Origin: Hydrolagus affinis
Lineage: Eukaryota
DNA: 64,000 nucleotides
NCBI GenBank assembly: GCA_012026655.1
Contig: JAAILG010000930.1
Span: 1-64,000 of the forward strand
Direction: 5' to 3'
Each line of letters opens with the position of its first letter. Position 1 is the first letter of the stretch. A program made the position numbers and the translations under genes. The notes below the pieces were generated by a model. That model worked only from the letters and a program-made list of their open reading frames with translations, had not been told where the DNA came from and ran no database searches. Shown here in pieces: positions 12,860 to 27,259 of the stretch.

Positions 12860-13008
12860 TTGATTAACAACCCAGGTTCCTACGTATTGCTAGGTAAACA
12901 GAGGCATGTGGAGTAAGGAAACATACCCAACATTTTACCCTGCCGGGAATCAAACACAGGTCCTCCCACTTGCAAGGTGAGTGCTCTAATCACTGAGTCA
13001 CTGGACTT
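12860..13008 (-). mobile_element. tRNA-derived SINE head with an alternative body
   Basis: Head matches the 20861/62130 SINEs (agtccagtgactcagtgattagagcac...gtttgattcccggcaggg) but continues ctctgtttacctagcaatacgtaggaacctggg. Confidence 0.75.
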
Positions 13009-13229
13009 TCTTCCCAAAAAGGGGTGAAAAAAAACAAGGCGGAGGGATTGAGGGAGAGTGTTCCAAAGTTAAAGTATCCATAGAAGAATTTCGTGAAGGT
13101 TTTACTATGTAGAGTACAAAAGAATAGCCTACTTCAGTGGGATGGGGCTATACATGGCAGAGGAAAGTGTTGATGTGTCGATCTAAAAGGATAGGACCAG
13201 TGAGAGTTTGGGTTGCTGAGACATCAGGC

Positions 13230-13800
13230 TATGCTATTCCAATAGTCAATGCATATGCTGATTTAGATAATGGTAGAACTCATAAAAGGGTAGAGTTCAG
13301 TATTAATTTGCAACGGGTTGGCAATGCTCTTGGAAAGTGATGGGACAGGTTCAATGGATCACATTACTCCTGTTTCAATTGAGACTGTGAAGGGAATGAT
13401 AGCATTCAAGCAGCGGTAAGGCCTTAACATTTTGTACACATATCAAGAGGGTTTGGTGTACAAATGGAAAATTGAAGAATTCTCATACTAAATTCTGGAT
13501 CATGGATCGAGGAAAATAATATAGTTAAGAATTCAGCTATTGGGATCTATTATGGGTTATCACATAAAGGGGTGTTATTTAAACTGAAACTAGATTGAGG
13601 GGTTAGGCTGACAAGTAGCAAATATAATTGAATGTGAAGAAACGCAGAGAAATGAGACTGGGGAAGTAGAATAAATGGCAAAAATCAAATTAAATAATAT
13701 TAGGCTTCCACACAAACACAGGAGAGGGAGTTTGGGTTATCGGTGGGTGAATAGGTCACAGAAACTGTCTGTTCAGTGTGCAGCATTAGAGGGAACAGAA
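13230..13800 (+). mobile_element. Highly degenerate CR1 LINE RT fragment
   Basis: Remnants of the CR1 motif WADKWQMxFNVxKC..LG..N...ERxLGV at ~13600-13745. Confidence 0.55.
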
Positions 13801-13849
13801 TCGTGTTCACACCAGAAAGGCGAAGTCCCAGAGAGCTCTGACTGAGGTA

Positions 13850-14000
13850 ATAAAAATAATCCCTGCATTTGATTTAGCGTCTTATCACAAGTTTCTGGTG
13901 TCTCAAAGTGCTTCACAGAACATAGTGTAAAGTGTAATGACTGTATATTTTGTGGCCCAAACGTAGCTGCCAATTGCACACAGCAGTGTCCCACACGCAG
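13850..14000 (-). mobile_element. SINE 3' half
   Basis: ataatccctgcatttgatttagcg...tctcaaagtgcttcacagaa...gccaattgcacacagcagtgtcccac. Confidence 0.85.
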
Positions 14001-17000
14001 TGGTTAATCTGAAGTGTACAGATAAACTAAACCCCAATGATTATGTTTACCACAGTCATAAATGCCAAACAAAGGGCATATAGACCAGAGCTCAAAGGAA
14101 AGATGGACAGTTACATGTCATGCCATTGTCTTTATAGGCTGAGAATCTTTTTCTATGCAAACAGTGAGCTAAATAAGTACAAGCTCTGTAACTCTGTATC
14201 AAGACATTTCAAATTGTTTACATAGAAAGCCCCTTTCCAAATCTATCACACTCGTATGATATCATATCACTCCTGTCATACTATGTCACTCATGCCATTA
14301 GCACCCCTGAGATCATGAACCGTAGATATTTACAGCATGGGAGAAGCCTATTTGGCTCATGATCAACTTCTTTCTTCTTTTCTCACTTCCTTGTAAAACA
14401 GTCATGTACCCACAAACCCTTTTAACCACCATTGCGGCATTTGTGGGAATTCGCATCTTAATCTAATGGGATTACTATCGAAAAAAAAAGTGAAAAAAAA
14501 TGTTTGAAAGGCTTTCGTGGTTAGCAAAAGCTCTTAGTTAAATGCCAATTACATAAATGCCAATGACCTAAAACTGTGAATTGAAGGTGACACAATACAG
14601 TTATATTTTAGGTCTATCATTGGTGCTTTAGTTTGGGTATTGGATTGAGTCGAATAATGTTACATTGCAATGCATTTATTAGAATTGTACTAGAATTTGA
14701 ATTGGGAAAATTGCTGTGTTTGCTTTAGCTTTATCCCCGTCTTACATGCATGTGTATGTCGAAGAAATTATTTCAGAAGGTTTCAGGTTTTGCAGTTTCG
14801 CTAGTTGATTTTGTGATTTATTGTAGATTATAAAAGGTACTGAAATAAAGTAGGCTTTTTGAAATAACAGCTCCCTACAGTAAAACACAAAAGAATATCT
14901 CCATTTAAAAGCAAAAGTTATAGTGTAACAACTATAATATATTATGCTACTATGCATAGGCTACAAGCACAAGAAGGATAGGGTTCAACACTGCTGTGCT
15001 TCGTGCTTGCCTGTACTTAAAAATGATTGATTAGCCTGACACCAGCTATGGAATACACTGGGAAACCATTTTTCTTCTTCATTACAAGACAATATTTCAA
15101 ATCAATATAGTACAAAGGAGGCTCCAAAGATATGAGGACAATCTTTTGGATAAGGTTTGAAAATAAAACCAAACTAAAATCAATCATCGCAACTGGCAAA
15201 AAAAAATAAAGTTTTCATATGATTAAAAAGTCAAAAAGCTACCTAGATTGACAAGTTAACCAAAATATAGAACCAAATAGGCATCTTTGTGGTCTATGTA
15301 ACCATATGAGTGATATTCTTCCTATTTGGATGCAGTTGATTCATTTTGTGCAATACAATGCAGCTATAGTTCCATAAGCAATGTTAAACATCCCATTCTA
15401 TGATGGTTCTGAAGGTTTGTGTTACAATAACAAAAAAATTGCATTAACTAGGCCATTGAGAAACTTAAACAATAATTATTTGTTTTTCCAAATCTATTGT
15501 ATTATATAGTAGTCTTGGCGGGTGTAAAGCTTTGAGGAAGTGTAACTGCTTTAAATCAACTTTAACAAAAGAATACATTTATTTCTAAACATTCACTCTC
15601 CAAAGAACATCCCTTCTTCTTTGATAAGGGTTTGAATACTTTCACGACTGATTTCACCATCAATCACATAAAGAATGAATCTGGTACTGTGCTTAAAAGT
15701 CATCCACGGGTTATGTTGGAGCTCTCCACCATTGCAGGAAACACATAACATGTTCAAAGATAAGGCACATTTATTAGATGCCAGACCAATGTAAGGTTTA
15801 TAACCCTGCTTGTTCTGTTCTTAAACAGCAGCACTTATTTCAGCACAGTTAGGTTTACAAGTAAGGTGCTATAAATTAATTAGGAGTTTGTTTTTCACAA
15901 GATCCATCCAATTTGTCTTCTATAGGATGACAATATTCCCTTGTACAGTGCCACAAATGCTATACCGCATGTATATTTTCATGTGCATTGCATTCGTACC
16001 ACAGGTGGTGCTGTGCTGGATAAATTGTGCACCAAGAGTAACAATGCCACCCAGTGCTCTTTAAACAACATAATACATTAACCAGAGGGTTTATTGTTGT
16101 TAGTTCAGCACAAGATATTTTCCTCTCAACTATTCAGCAGTAAATCCTGGTATTAATTAAACCATTTTACAGCTGATCTTGATAATCCCAAGGCTGTGTC
16201 CTCGAGCACCATGAATCTTCAGCATGCAGACTTACTCTGACAAGGGAGGGATGTTCTGTGATCCATGTGACAGCTGCTGCCAGGGAAAGAACACAGAGGA
16301 GAAGCAGATCTTTCAAGAATATAAGAAAAGACGAGGATGACTAAGGCTATTGTTTTCTGCTGAAGCTCACTTCTCTTCGACATTAGCACTCCCACCAGGA
16401 CATCTCATCTTATTTCAAATAACCCCAATGTTTTGGGGGTCTACGTTACTTCCCTGGGTAACTACAACAACAACCTAATTTAGTTGTTAAAAAAAATCCT
16501 GACATTGATTCCAAGTGTTCTTCTCCATTTAGTCCTCTTCTCCTACATGCTCGTTGTGCTTTAAAATGTAACTTTAGTTTTTCTACCAATACCATTCACT
16601 ATTTGATATATAGAATACCCAATATCTACAAACCCAAGTCCGCTTAACTGAGTAATACAATTCAGCTACAAGCATATACAAAGGAATACTCAAATACATG
16701 GTACAACACCTGCACTTATAAGGGGGGGAAAGTGTGTCTAACCAACATTAAGAAAACAAAGCAATGTAGTAATGTAATGTAGATGGTTTTCCCTTGAAAT
16801 AACAAATAGTTTATAACACTGAATATAATATTCCACTAAAGTGAATGTTTAAAAATCAATCAATTGTTTCAAGGTACTGGATCTTTTTATTTAGCTAAAT
16901 GTAAATTAAAAACTGTTTGGAAGCTAATAATGAATAACAAACAAACAAACCAACAGTTAATTTAACATTAAAAATAAATCCTCTTTTACTAGTTACTGTA

Positions 17001-17811
17001 AAGTGTTTCTGGATAATAAATAAAATAATAATCCTTGCAGCTGATGTAGCACTTTTCACGTCTTCTGGACATCCCAACGATCTAATTCAAAGTGTTTGCG
17101 TTCAGTTTTGAAGTAAAAATAGTCTACAGTAATACCATCTGAAGAAGTGTTTAGACACAGACATTCTTACCCATGAGTCCCAAAATGAATCATACTTTTT
17201 CTGTTTGCGCAGAGACTTACGGAACCTGAGGAGGGCAAGGGAAGCACAGATTAATCAGGAGTCTTACATTTAGAATTTGTTTGAACATGTATATAAACAC
17301 ATTAGGAGTATATACTTAATCATATTTATGAAAAGTCAGCAATAATAAATCAGCAACAAAACATCAAAGCAACGATTTGCATTAATATTGTGTAAATTCA
17401 TGTAAACTGAAAGTAATTATCGGTGAAAACATTTAATATCAGACACAAAGTATGAAGGGTGAGAAATTGAAAGATGGTCTATGCAGCTCTCAACTCATTT
17501 TCAACATTCAGAAACTAACCAAAACATAATTCAGCTGAAACAATGGGTATTTCGTTGGAGATGTATTTAATGGATGAATCAAATCATTGTAGTAGGTGTG
17601 TTCATGTGGATGAAGCTCTGACGTGGAGGATTAATATTCCTCTTCCCTGACTCGTCTTTCATGAAACTCTGACATGTATTAAAGACCTACTTGTGGAAGG
17701 GGAGAAATGTTCAGCGAGAAAGATTCCTTCTTTCAGTTAGAGATACAGTGGCAACAAATATATATATTTTTTAATCAGTCCTATTTCAAAAATCTAACTT
17801 TTTTTTCCCAC

Positions 17812-18245
17812 CATGGTTAAATGATGAGGCAGACTCTCATCTCCAAGTCAGAAGGTTGTGAGTTCAAGCCCATGTCAGGATTTGAACTCACAGTCTAGGC
17901 TGACACTCCGATAGAGTGCTGAGGACATGCTTGACTGTCAAAAGTGCCATCTTTTAGATGAAGCATCAAATCAAGGACATGCCTGGCTGTTCAGGCAGAT
18001 ATTAAAGATCTTGTGGCATTACAGTTTTCAAAAGAGAAGTGAGTTTCTCCCAGTGTTTTGGCCAACAATCTCCAAGAAAAAATTGGTCATTCGCATAAAT
18101 ACCTATATGTGGGAAACTGCTGTGCCTAAATAGGTTACTGCTTTCACCACAAAATACAGTGATTACAGTTTACAGTAAAATCCTGTGAAGTGCTTTGAGA
18201 TTTCCTCCTGAGATGAAAGGCACTGTATCAAATGTAAGGATTATA
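17812..18245 (+). mobile_element. Near full-length Deu-type SINE with L2-like tail
   Basis: tRNA-like head (agtcagaaggttgtgagttcaagccc), Deu-like core (gtgccatcttttagatgaagcatcaaatcaagg...taaagatcttgtggcatt...ctcccagtgttttggccaaca), tail tatcaaatgtaagga(tta)n. Confidence 0.8.
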
Positions 18246-18249
18246 ATAA

Positions 18250-18350
18250 TTACAATAATCCTTGTATTTGATATACCCCTTTTCACATCTTCTAAATGTC
18301 TCAAAGCGCTTCACAGAATGTATTGTAAAGTGAATTGACTGTATATTTTA
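18250..18350 (-). mobile_element. SINE 3' end, tail-to-tail with the previous element
   Basis: ataatccttgtatttgatatac...tctcaaagcgcttcacagaat...gtgaattgactgtat. Confidence 0.85.
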
Positions 18351-19849
18351 ATATATATTATTATTATAGTTTTCAATTGTCTAAGTTTCAGAGATCAATC
18401 ATTCCACAGCTTTAACACTGGAGTTTCTGTTAGCTTTCTGTCACACCAACGTGCATATTGCATGTCTGTTCGCATGCCATTCATTCCCACAGTGTACGTC
18501 CAGAGCTTCCCTGCACCTCTTGGCAGTCTTCAACTTTAGAGGTCACTACACATACAAAGTTCCAAATTAAATGATTCGCATTACACTATACATCGGGCAC
18601 ATCACCACCGTATTGATTCACGGATCACAGTTCACTCGGGCACCATTGGACAACTGGATTATCGTTCCTACCATAATAAAACACTGGTCAGGATACTGCT
18701 CTGCTGTCATTAACATGTTTGAAATCTCATCTCCTTCAATTTAAAACAAACTTTCCTTCCATTAATTAATCACAACAAAAGAGGCAAAATAGTATTACCC
18801 TACGGTAATTTTTGATGGTTGATTTTATGAAAACTTTACTGAATACCAAGGTTAACAAACATCATAAAATAATTGCTGTATGTATAAAACAACCATGGAG
18901 AGCAGCACATGCTTGCTTCCATCTCTGAAAAACGCACCACAATGACCCCACAGCTCTCCAAGAGAAACTCTTGAGAACATTCCAGTCAATTAGCTCTGCA
19001 GCTGTTGAATAAGCCCGAAGATTTCATACATTAGAAATGAACTATTCCAAAACATTGGCTTTGCTCTGTTTAACCCTTTTTCTGCGGCACTGTTCTGCAG
19101 AACACACATACTATGAACATGGCTACATAAAGCAAACTAAGAGAGAAAGGGAGCCAGATTGGCAGATGAGGAAAAAATATTTCCTCCTAATGCAAAATAT
19201 GAACAATTTTGTTGCCTATTTTGATACTAAAACTAACTATCGTGGTTAAATATTGGTTAAATATTGTTTTCTCAAATAAATTCTTTGCCTATTCACTCAG
19301 TATAGTATTGTACTGTACTTATTATCGATCATGCACTGTGTTTTTAGTCTTTTAAACTGTGTGTTTAGGTTTTTATCAGCAGAACCTTGTTGTTTCCAAG
19401 TTAAATTCCCATTCAAATTCTGTTTCAAAGCTGTATACATTTTTATTACAGTAATCTCTTTATGATTGGTAGTCAGCTCACAAGTACATAGATCCATATC
19501 CTTGATTTTATTTTGATTGTGTGAAAGTGAGCTGGAACTGACATGTAGATTGTGGGGAAAGAAATAGTGCCTTGCGAAGCCTCTGGGCCTGTTATTATTT
19601 TCAGTCAGACACTCAGTTTAATAGCAATTATTTCTTCAGAGAATACTGTGAATTAATGCTCTTTCTCAAAACCACTGTCACTCTACCCACTGCAGCACAT
19701 TTATTATGTAAGAGAAACATGCACTGAGATCCTAAAAAAATACACAAAGGAAACTGCCAGATGATTGATTTGGTTCCAGTTTGGATGTGTCTGCAGCTCT
19801 TCAGTCATTTCAATCATCTTACCATCAAGGCTGGGATGTTTGTACCAAA

Positions 19850-20305
19850 TGCTAAAGCATAAGAAAGCATCGGAAAAGGTAATTCATCCCAAGAAGCCCG
19901 CTCATTCCACAGAAAAAACTATTCCCTCATGGACTTGAAGCCACCCCATCCCCTTGATCTTCTGGAACAAGGATCTGCATTAATAATTTCTGTTTCTCAA
20001 ATCAAGAAAAAAAAATCAATTTCCCGACAACATCCTTCTCTCCACAAGCAAAGTTATCCCATTCCTCTCCTGGCTCCAGGAACACCAAGTATAGAGTATT
20101 TGTTCATCTCAATGTGTACCGTTCCTCTCCTACATCCTTCAGATGCAGTATGATCTGAGCCTCTCCACATAACACATAAGTTCAAGGATCATCTTGGTTG
20201 CTCTTTGAACCATCCACAATGTTTCAATGTCCTTTTGAAGGTTGGATGCCCAGAACTGCATTCAATAATCCAAATGTTGCCTCACTAGTTACCTGTACAA
20301 GGTTA
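19850..20305 (-). mobile_element. Degenerate CR1 LINE 3' ORF2 fragment
   Basis: Reverse complement reads LYRxLVRQHLDYxMQFWASNLQKDIETL, the CR1 LY..LVRPHLEY..QFW.P...KD motif. Confidence 0.7.
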
Positions 20306-20860
20306 GAAACATTTCAATCGATTTATACTCAAATTTATACTCTAAAGGTGCAAACTAATACTTCATTAACTTTGTATCTTTTGTATGTTTTAAATATTTG
20401 TGTATTAATTTATTTTGTACAATTTTATGGGGCATATTTAACTTCCGGAGCACAATACAATTTAAGATGAAAAATATTTACCGATGTGAACAACCAGGGT
20501 CTTGCACATTCAGGAACAATGATCAACTGACAGCTGACATCCCCAACAAACTTTAAATGAACATCAATTGTCACATCCAACAACCTTTTTCTTCTCCATC
20601 CACCTCTACTCGTAGACAGATAAGTGTTGCAGTAATAAAATTGTACCATATTGTAATTTGATTCAGCATCACAGTATCAATTTGAAACAGTCTTTTCTGT
20701 TTGGCACAAATACATAGGAGTCACTGTACATCTGCCAGTAAATCAAGCATTGGTAAAGTCTTCATTACAAATTAAACAGGTTTTTTCTCACCTTGTTTGG
20801 GTCAGTTTTGAAGCTGGGATAATTCAAGCTTTTAAAAGACTTCTTCAGAAAGAGATGCAG

Positions 20861-21174
20861 ATAATAATAATAATCCTTTCATTTGATAAAGCAGTTTTCA
20901 CATCTTCTAGAAGTCTCAAAGTGCTTCACAGAATACACTGTAAAGTGAATTGACTGTATATGGGCAGATATGGGGAAAATGCGGCAGCCAATTTTGCACA
21001 TCAGGATCCACAAACAGTCATAGATTGAAATGACCAATTTATTATTGTTGTTTATTGAGGGATTATTATCAGGCATGTGGAATAAAGAAACTTGCCCAAG
21101 GTTTTGCACTGCCTGGAAGTGAACCCAGGTCTCTCGCTTGTAAGCGGGAGCTTTAACCACTGAGCTACAGGACT
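20861..21174 (-). mobile_element. Full-length tRNA-derived SINE (~315 bp) with L2-like tail and (TTA)n end
   Basis: Reverse complement starts agtcctgtagctcagtggttaaagc (A box)...cctgggttcacttcc (B box); similar copy at 62130-62426. Confidence 0.9.
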
Positions 21175-21304
21175 CCAGATAGGAACAGATTTAAAGGGAT
21201 AAAGGTAAATAAATTGGATATGATCAATACTTTTTGGAAGATGTTGTGTCTTATTCTACTATAATCACAAAAATGTCATTCAATATCATGCAAGTGATTT
21301 CCAA

Positions 21305-21380
21305 GTGCCTTGGGACGTTCTCTCAATGTGAAAGGCGCTATATAAATGTAAGTATTGACTGATTGACTGATTGACTGATT
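21305..21380 (+). mobile_element. Short L2 3' tail ending in (TTGA/CTGA)n
   Basis: gtgccttgggacgttc...gtgaaaggcgctatataaatgtaag. Confidence 0.75.
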
Positions 21381-23321
21381 GAAGTGGCCAAAAGTGTATA
21401 ATGTTCTTTGCACAGTTGTGATGTCCTGGACTTTGCCCCACTACTTTTGGAGCGGTTAGTGAAAATGTTTGCAGAATTTGGCAGAAGCGTCCAGCAGATT
21501 GAATGGATGAGGCAGGCTTCACGAGAGGGTAAATTGTAAATGATCTATTAAAGGAATGACTCGCTGAGTGGCCTTCCACATATTCAGAATTCTGGATAAT
21601 CCATGATCTTTATAATTTGCAGTTACAAAAGTATCCCATTTTGCATTTTGTTGTGGTTTCATCTATCCACACGTCACCACTGACAGCTGAATGTTGTATA
21701 AATAAATGTAGAACGTCTCACTATATTCAGTTATTTTTCTTTGCCCTGTATACCTTCTATATTTCTCATCAGATCAATGTATTTCAGTGACTTCCTGTGT
21801 GTGCATTTTTTTTAAGTGAAGATTGTGAAGCACAATAGATCAGAAATGTTACCTCTTAATTAAGTTCTTCGTGAGATATATCATGCCCTATTTTAGGCTT
21901 TCAACTTTTTTCTTTGGCATTGGCAGCATCCTTCTGTACACAACAGTAACCCTGTTTCACAAAATTGCTGTGGTCGCGCCTCCAAATGCTTTCCCCGAGG
22001 TGAAGTGGGAGGTGTTGAGCGTGTGGCACAGGCATGGTCACCACCTGCTCTGGGCAGTCAACCACTGCAGATGACATAAACACAGGCTGGCCTGCCAACA
22101 TGGCATAGGGGTCTGACGGCTGCCCCCACCGTGCTTGTTCTCTGTTGCGTCGTCAAGAGAGAAAGAACAGAAGCACAGGAAACAAACAGTTCCAGCACTT
22201 TTTTTTTTCCCCACACATAGTCCAGCTATAATTTATTGTATAGCGTGTTGTCCAGCCAAGTTATTTCCCCTCCCTCCCACCCTCCAAAAAAAAGTACAAG
22301 TAAAACTCCTGAATACTTATCTAACGCTAGTAACATTATTCATCCTTGACCTACTCCAATCGTTAATTTGTTATTTCCACAGTCCCAGTGGTTCAGGAAC
22401 CATCATATTTCACACAGCACTCTCTACCTGTACTTATTCTTATAACTCTCCCTTTCCAAATCAGATCTTCACACAGCCTTTTTTTTAAAAAAATGTTAAC
22501 TGACTCGCTGGGCAAAAAGACTAGACAAAAACATAGGTTAGGCAACAAAGTCCAAAGATGAATTTTTGGATTGTTTTTAAACGCATTGCCTACTTTAATC
22601 TACCCACCATTATTGTAGCCACCACTAAAGTGAAGATTTATTTCACAGAAAGTTGCAATGTACAATAATGTATCATCCTGGGCTTACTGTTACTGCCACT
22701 GAAGAGAGGAATCCCTTACAATTCAAGTATGCCATGGGATTACATGTAAGTGCAGTCTATTACTCCATGCACTTTTGGGAAGTGTGCTATATTGTGGCAA
22801 GTGCCGCCTTTGAAACTACTGCTGGTTTCTTCTCAGATGAATGTTTTGTGGTGCCTTCCTAACGCAGTGCTATACAGTGAACTAATTGACTCCAACAACC
22901 TTGAGTGCCTGGAATGTTTGGGTTATAGTCCGCTCACTGGTAACGCTACACTAAGTGTTGAATGTCCCTCCATATCTCCCTGGAGCAAATGGCACAGCTC
23001 CATGATGGCCTCCCTAGTCAGATTATAAATCCCCCAATGCACTGTGAGGTCTAGGTATCTTGCTGTTTATGAACTCAAGGTTTGTTGCTATACCTACTGT
23101 CAGTTGCTCACGTAAATTGCTATGTTTATCTGGGTCAACAGTTAGTTTTTCTAATGTAACTAATATCAAACTAGAACTGTGAGTGGGCAGGATGTGTGGT
23201 ACTTCAGGAATTAAGTGATGTACTTGAAGGATGTTTTCTGAAGATCTTATATCCCAAATTGCCATAAATTGTAGTGTATTATTATTATTACTTCCAACAG
23301 TACTGCATGATATACACATTG

Positions 23322-23435
23322 TAGAACCATAGAAATTTACAGCACAAAGAAAGCCATTTGGTCCATCATGTCTGTCCTGGCTCTTTTATCAGCAATCCTT
23401 TCAGTCCTAATTACCTTCCTTTTCTCCCTATAAAT
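23322..23435 (-). mobile_element. CR1 3' UTR fragment
   Basis: catagaaatttacagcacaaagaaagccatttggtccatcatgtctgt. Confidence 0.6.
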
Positions 23436-26284
23436 TTGAGTCAGTGGATATCAAGGTATCAGTGGATAGAGTCATGCACATGTTGTTACCAAATGGTAAA
23501 ACACAATATTCACTACAATAATGAAATCTTTATGTAAAAATAGACACCACCGTCCATTTATTATGCTCAGATAGCAGCATTTGAAATGCAATCTCAACCA
23601 CCTTAGGCCTGTTGCTCTCTGCATAAAGCAGCATAGATCTGGAAGAGCTTGAATGTTACCACCCTCACTTGAAAATTGACAAGCGATGCTTCGCTATTTC
23701 AAGCACACCACTATATTTTCATACTTCTGCATGGAATTTTCTTTCTCAGTGATCTCAGCTGATGCTGTAGATTGGCACTTGTTCCCTATAATATGGAAGC
23801 TGTGCATTTGCATTCTTTGCCCTGGCAGAGTTCTGTATCACACACCTAACAATCCTCATGGAAATCTGGTCAGTGGATTTGCCTAGTCTCCTATCAGGTT
23901 ACCAAATTTTATTACAATAGTGAATGCTATTACATAGACCATGATGTTTGTGTTTTAAAAAAAAGTGACTACTATTGCTCCTGCCTTCAATTGGCCCCCC
24001 TCCCAAAAATCCTCACATTTCATATCATGACTTTCACATCCTCAGAAAGTCTCAAAGCATTTCACAGGATTTAATCTGAAGTATATTTTATAGGCGAGCA
24101 TATTTAGAAAGTGAAAGGCAAAATACTGCAAATGCTAGACAATTGAAATAAAAACAGAAGTCGCTGGAAAGATGAAAATTTTCCTCTCTCCATAGGTGCC
24201 AGTTGACCTGCTGTGTCTTCCCAGCAAATTCTGTATTTAAAATGTGGGTTGGGTCGATTCATCACTTGTAAGAACAGTTCCCATTTCTTCTCATTGATGG
24301 ACAAGATCCTCTTTATGCAATTGGTTTTGTTAAATTTCTTGTTGTTCTGCTCAAATATTTTTCTTTCTGTGCAGAAACTCTACTTCCGGTTGGAATAGAC
24401 ATACTATTACGTTTCAACAAATTTATATTTAAAAGATCCCTCTTCTTCTAACATTTTGCTCTGATTCACCTCCACTATTGCTCTTTGATTCTTCCAAAAT
24501 TGCCCTTTTCTAATATAAAACTGGTATTTGGGCTAGTTTTTCCCTTCCTCTCCATTCTATTTTCTATTCTAACTATGAACCCTATTATGATATGAACCAT
24601 GTTTTCTAAAGGTTATGCAACGTTCAGTCACAGGCCTGCTTCACTGTCAAACAATGGGTTCAGTATCTTGTCTTTATATCCTTATTAGACTGGTAATGTA
24701 CTGAGGAGTTGGAAAGCAGGTTGTTTTGAGAATTACATTCACCTAGCTCCCAAATTACGACTGAATGTCAAACCTATGGATCCTCTGATATCTTAAGAAA
24801 GTAGTCTGAGTCTAGAACTGAGTGGACCTTCTCACCCAAGCCAATCCTCAGTGACCTGTTCCAACAGTGACTTGTGACTGAACAAGGTTCCAAAAGTTGC
24901 GAAAGAGTATGGCCAAGATTGTGGCCCCAAAAGTAACTTGATCAGACTGCTGCTGTTATATTGTGGGTAAGCTCTGAGTTACTTTTAATTGTGGCACCTA
25001 AACCTTCAACACCCTTTGTCTGGCAAAGCAAACCGCCAGACGCCGAATGTTTGTTAAATGGGCCATTGTGCAGAGTTTAGGGACATTGCGCAGTTTGAGG
25101 CTCTGCCTGAGATAAAAATAACTCTGATCATAATCGCACTTATTGTGAAAACCACCAACCCCCCCCCACCTCCACCCCTCACCCCCACCTGCTTTGCAAC
25201 ACATGAAGCTAATTTAAGTGTAACATTGTACTGCAGCAATGTGGATTTTGTAATTTACTTCTAATGCAGATACATAATTTACTAATGCCGTGGCGGTCAC
25301 ATTTACACAGCGCTGTTTTCAGAGTATCCTTCAGCCTTATCGGCATCAATCTGTATCTCGCAGTCAGTTTCACAACTGTCAGTGAGTGGACTGCAGTCCG
25401 CACATCAGGGAGTGTGAGGGAGTCCGGTAAACCACAGGTTGGCCCACAAAGGTACAAGGTCTCAGTAATGCCCTCAGTGGTCTATGCCTTCAGCACAGAT
25501 GGTTTTAATGCACTTGGAAACTTGATAAACTATAACCTGCAAGTCCAGGACACGTTTAAATTTACTCACGCTGTGGGTGAGATGTCCTAATTCTGTATTT
25601 CAGTTCCCTGTTACGATGATTATTCTGTTGTTCACTTGGACTTAGGATGAATCTCTTTTAACAATTGTTTCCAGGCTGGTTTCAGCTTTGCTTTCCCGTC
25701 AGTTAAGAATCAGTCAAAGGTCAGTCTCTGCAGTCAGTTGACGCATTAAACTGGTTTAAGTTGCAGATTCGCAACACGGTCTTGACTTTTGCAAGGCTAT
25801 TTATCTATAATAATAATAATCCTTGCACTTCATATAGTGCCTAATCACACTGTCGAGGTGTTTCAAACCATTTCACAATAAAACATGGAAAAATCCACTT
25901 ATGGCAGGAAAGACCATTCAGCACATCAAGCAAATCTCCTTCATGATCCTTGCATTCCCCATTTCCCTTGCCCATGTCTCCTGATTCAAGACTCTTCCTT
26001 CTCTTCCTAAACCCCTGAAAATTGAGCAGAGCTGCTACGTTTCCAATAACTTTCAAAGTCTTTTCTCAACAGGTTATGATTCAGCTTCCCTTCCTTCAAA
26101 GACATCTGTTGACCCAGAATGAACTACTTCAGCCGGAGGAATATTTATGGTCAAAATATTATGAGAAGTACATTTGTTTAACCTAGAATGAGAAAGCAGT
26201 GGGACGGGCCCGACAAGATGAACGGGAGAGCTGGTATTTTGTAAATTGTGATGAGCTTACATACCAGCAACAAGTTTACCACAG

Positions 26285-26495
26285 CAAAGTCTGGAATAGA
26301 TTGCCTGAAAAAGGTGGTGGAGGCCGATTTGATAACAACTTTTAAAAGAGAGGTAGACATTTATTTGGGGGAGGAAGGGCTTGCGCGGTTATGGGAAGAG
26401 AGTTGGGGAGTGGGATTAAATTATTCTTTTTAAAGAGCCGGCACAGACTCGATGGGCCGAATGGCCTCCTTTCATGCCATGAGATTCTATGTAAG
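26285..26495 (+). mobile_element. CR1 LINE 3' end
   Basis: Degenerate WNxLP..VVEADLITTFKREVDIYL C-terminus, then gccggcacagactcgatgggccgaatggcctcctttc...attctatg. Confidence 0.85.
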
Positions 26496-26749
26496 TCCTG
26501 ACAATTGGGAGCTGTCCTTCTTATCTCCACTGTGCTTACCTTATAATGATGATAATAAAAACAATAATCCATTGATATAGCATGTTTATCGTCAGAACAA
26601 TTCAAAGCACTTTACAGATAATTGCTGCAAAGTGAAGGGACTCTGTACGTGTGAGTGAACAAAGTAGGCAATTTGCAAATAGCATTACCCCATAAACAGC
26701 CATGAAGTGAACAACCAACTTATATGGGGAACTATTGACCAAGACAATT

Positions 26750-26945
26750 TAATAATAATAATAATAATCCTTGCATTTGATATAGTGCTTTTCACATCTT
26801 ATTGATGTCTCAAAGCGCTTCACAGAATATACTGTAAAGTGAATTGACTGTATATTAGTGGGCGAAATGTGGCAGCCAATTGCGCACAGCAGTGTCCCCA
26901 CAAACAGTCATGAATTGAAACGACCAATTTTATTATTGTGGTTTT
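26750..26945 (-). mobile_element. 5'-truncated SINE (same family as 20861)
   Basis: (aat)n ccttgcatttgatatagtgc...cagccaattgcgcacagcagtgtcccc. Confidence 0.88.
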
Positions 26946-27259
26946 TTTTGGACAAGATGCTCATGAACATGCATGGTGGGAGTTGGGGGATTGGGGGGTG
27001 GAAACATGTCACCAGGCATATGACCAACACCCCATTGAAGTATCCACCACATTGTGTGTAAAAAGTGCATCAGAATATCATGCGCACTGTGACTTTAGCC
27101 TGTTCCAAGTCTGGCAACATGTATTGAGGTGACCGGTAAATGTGGTATTACTGCCAACATGCCTACCACAATGTCAGAGGTATTTGCATGTGTCGCCAAC
27201 AAGGGAGGCTGCCATTAGCGGCAAAACAGTTCGGTAAACGGAGCATCACGTGCACCCCA

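Noticed and set aside
21100-21174. tRNA gene
   Set aside because: Degenerate tRNA-derived SINE head followed by SINE body
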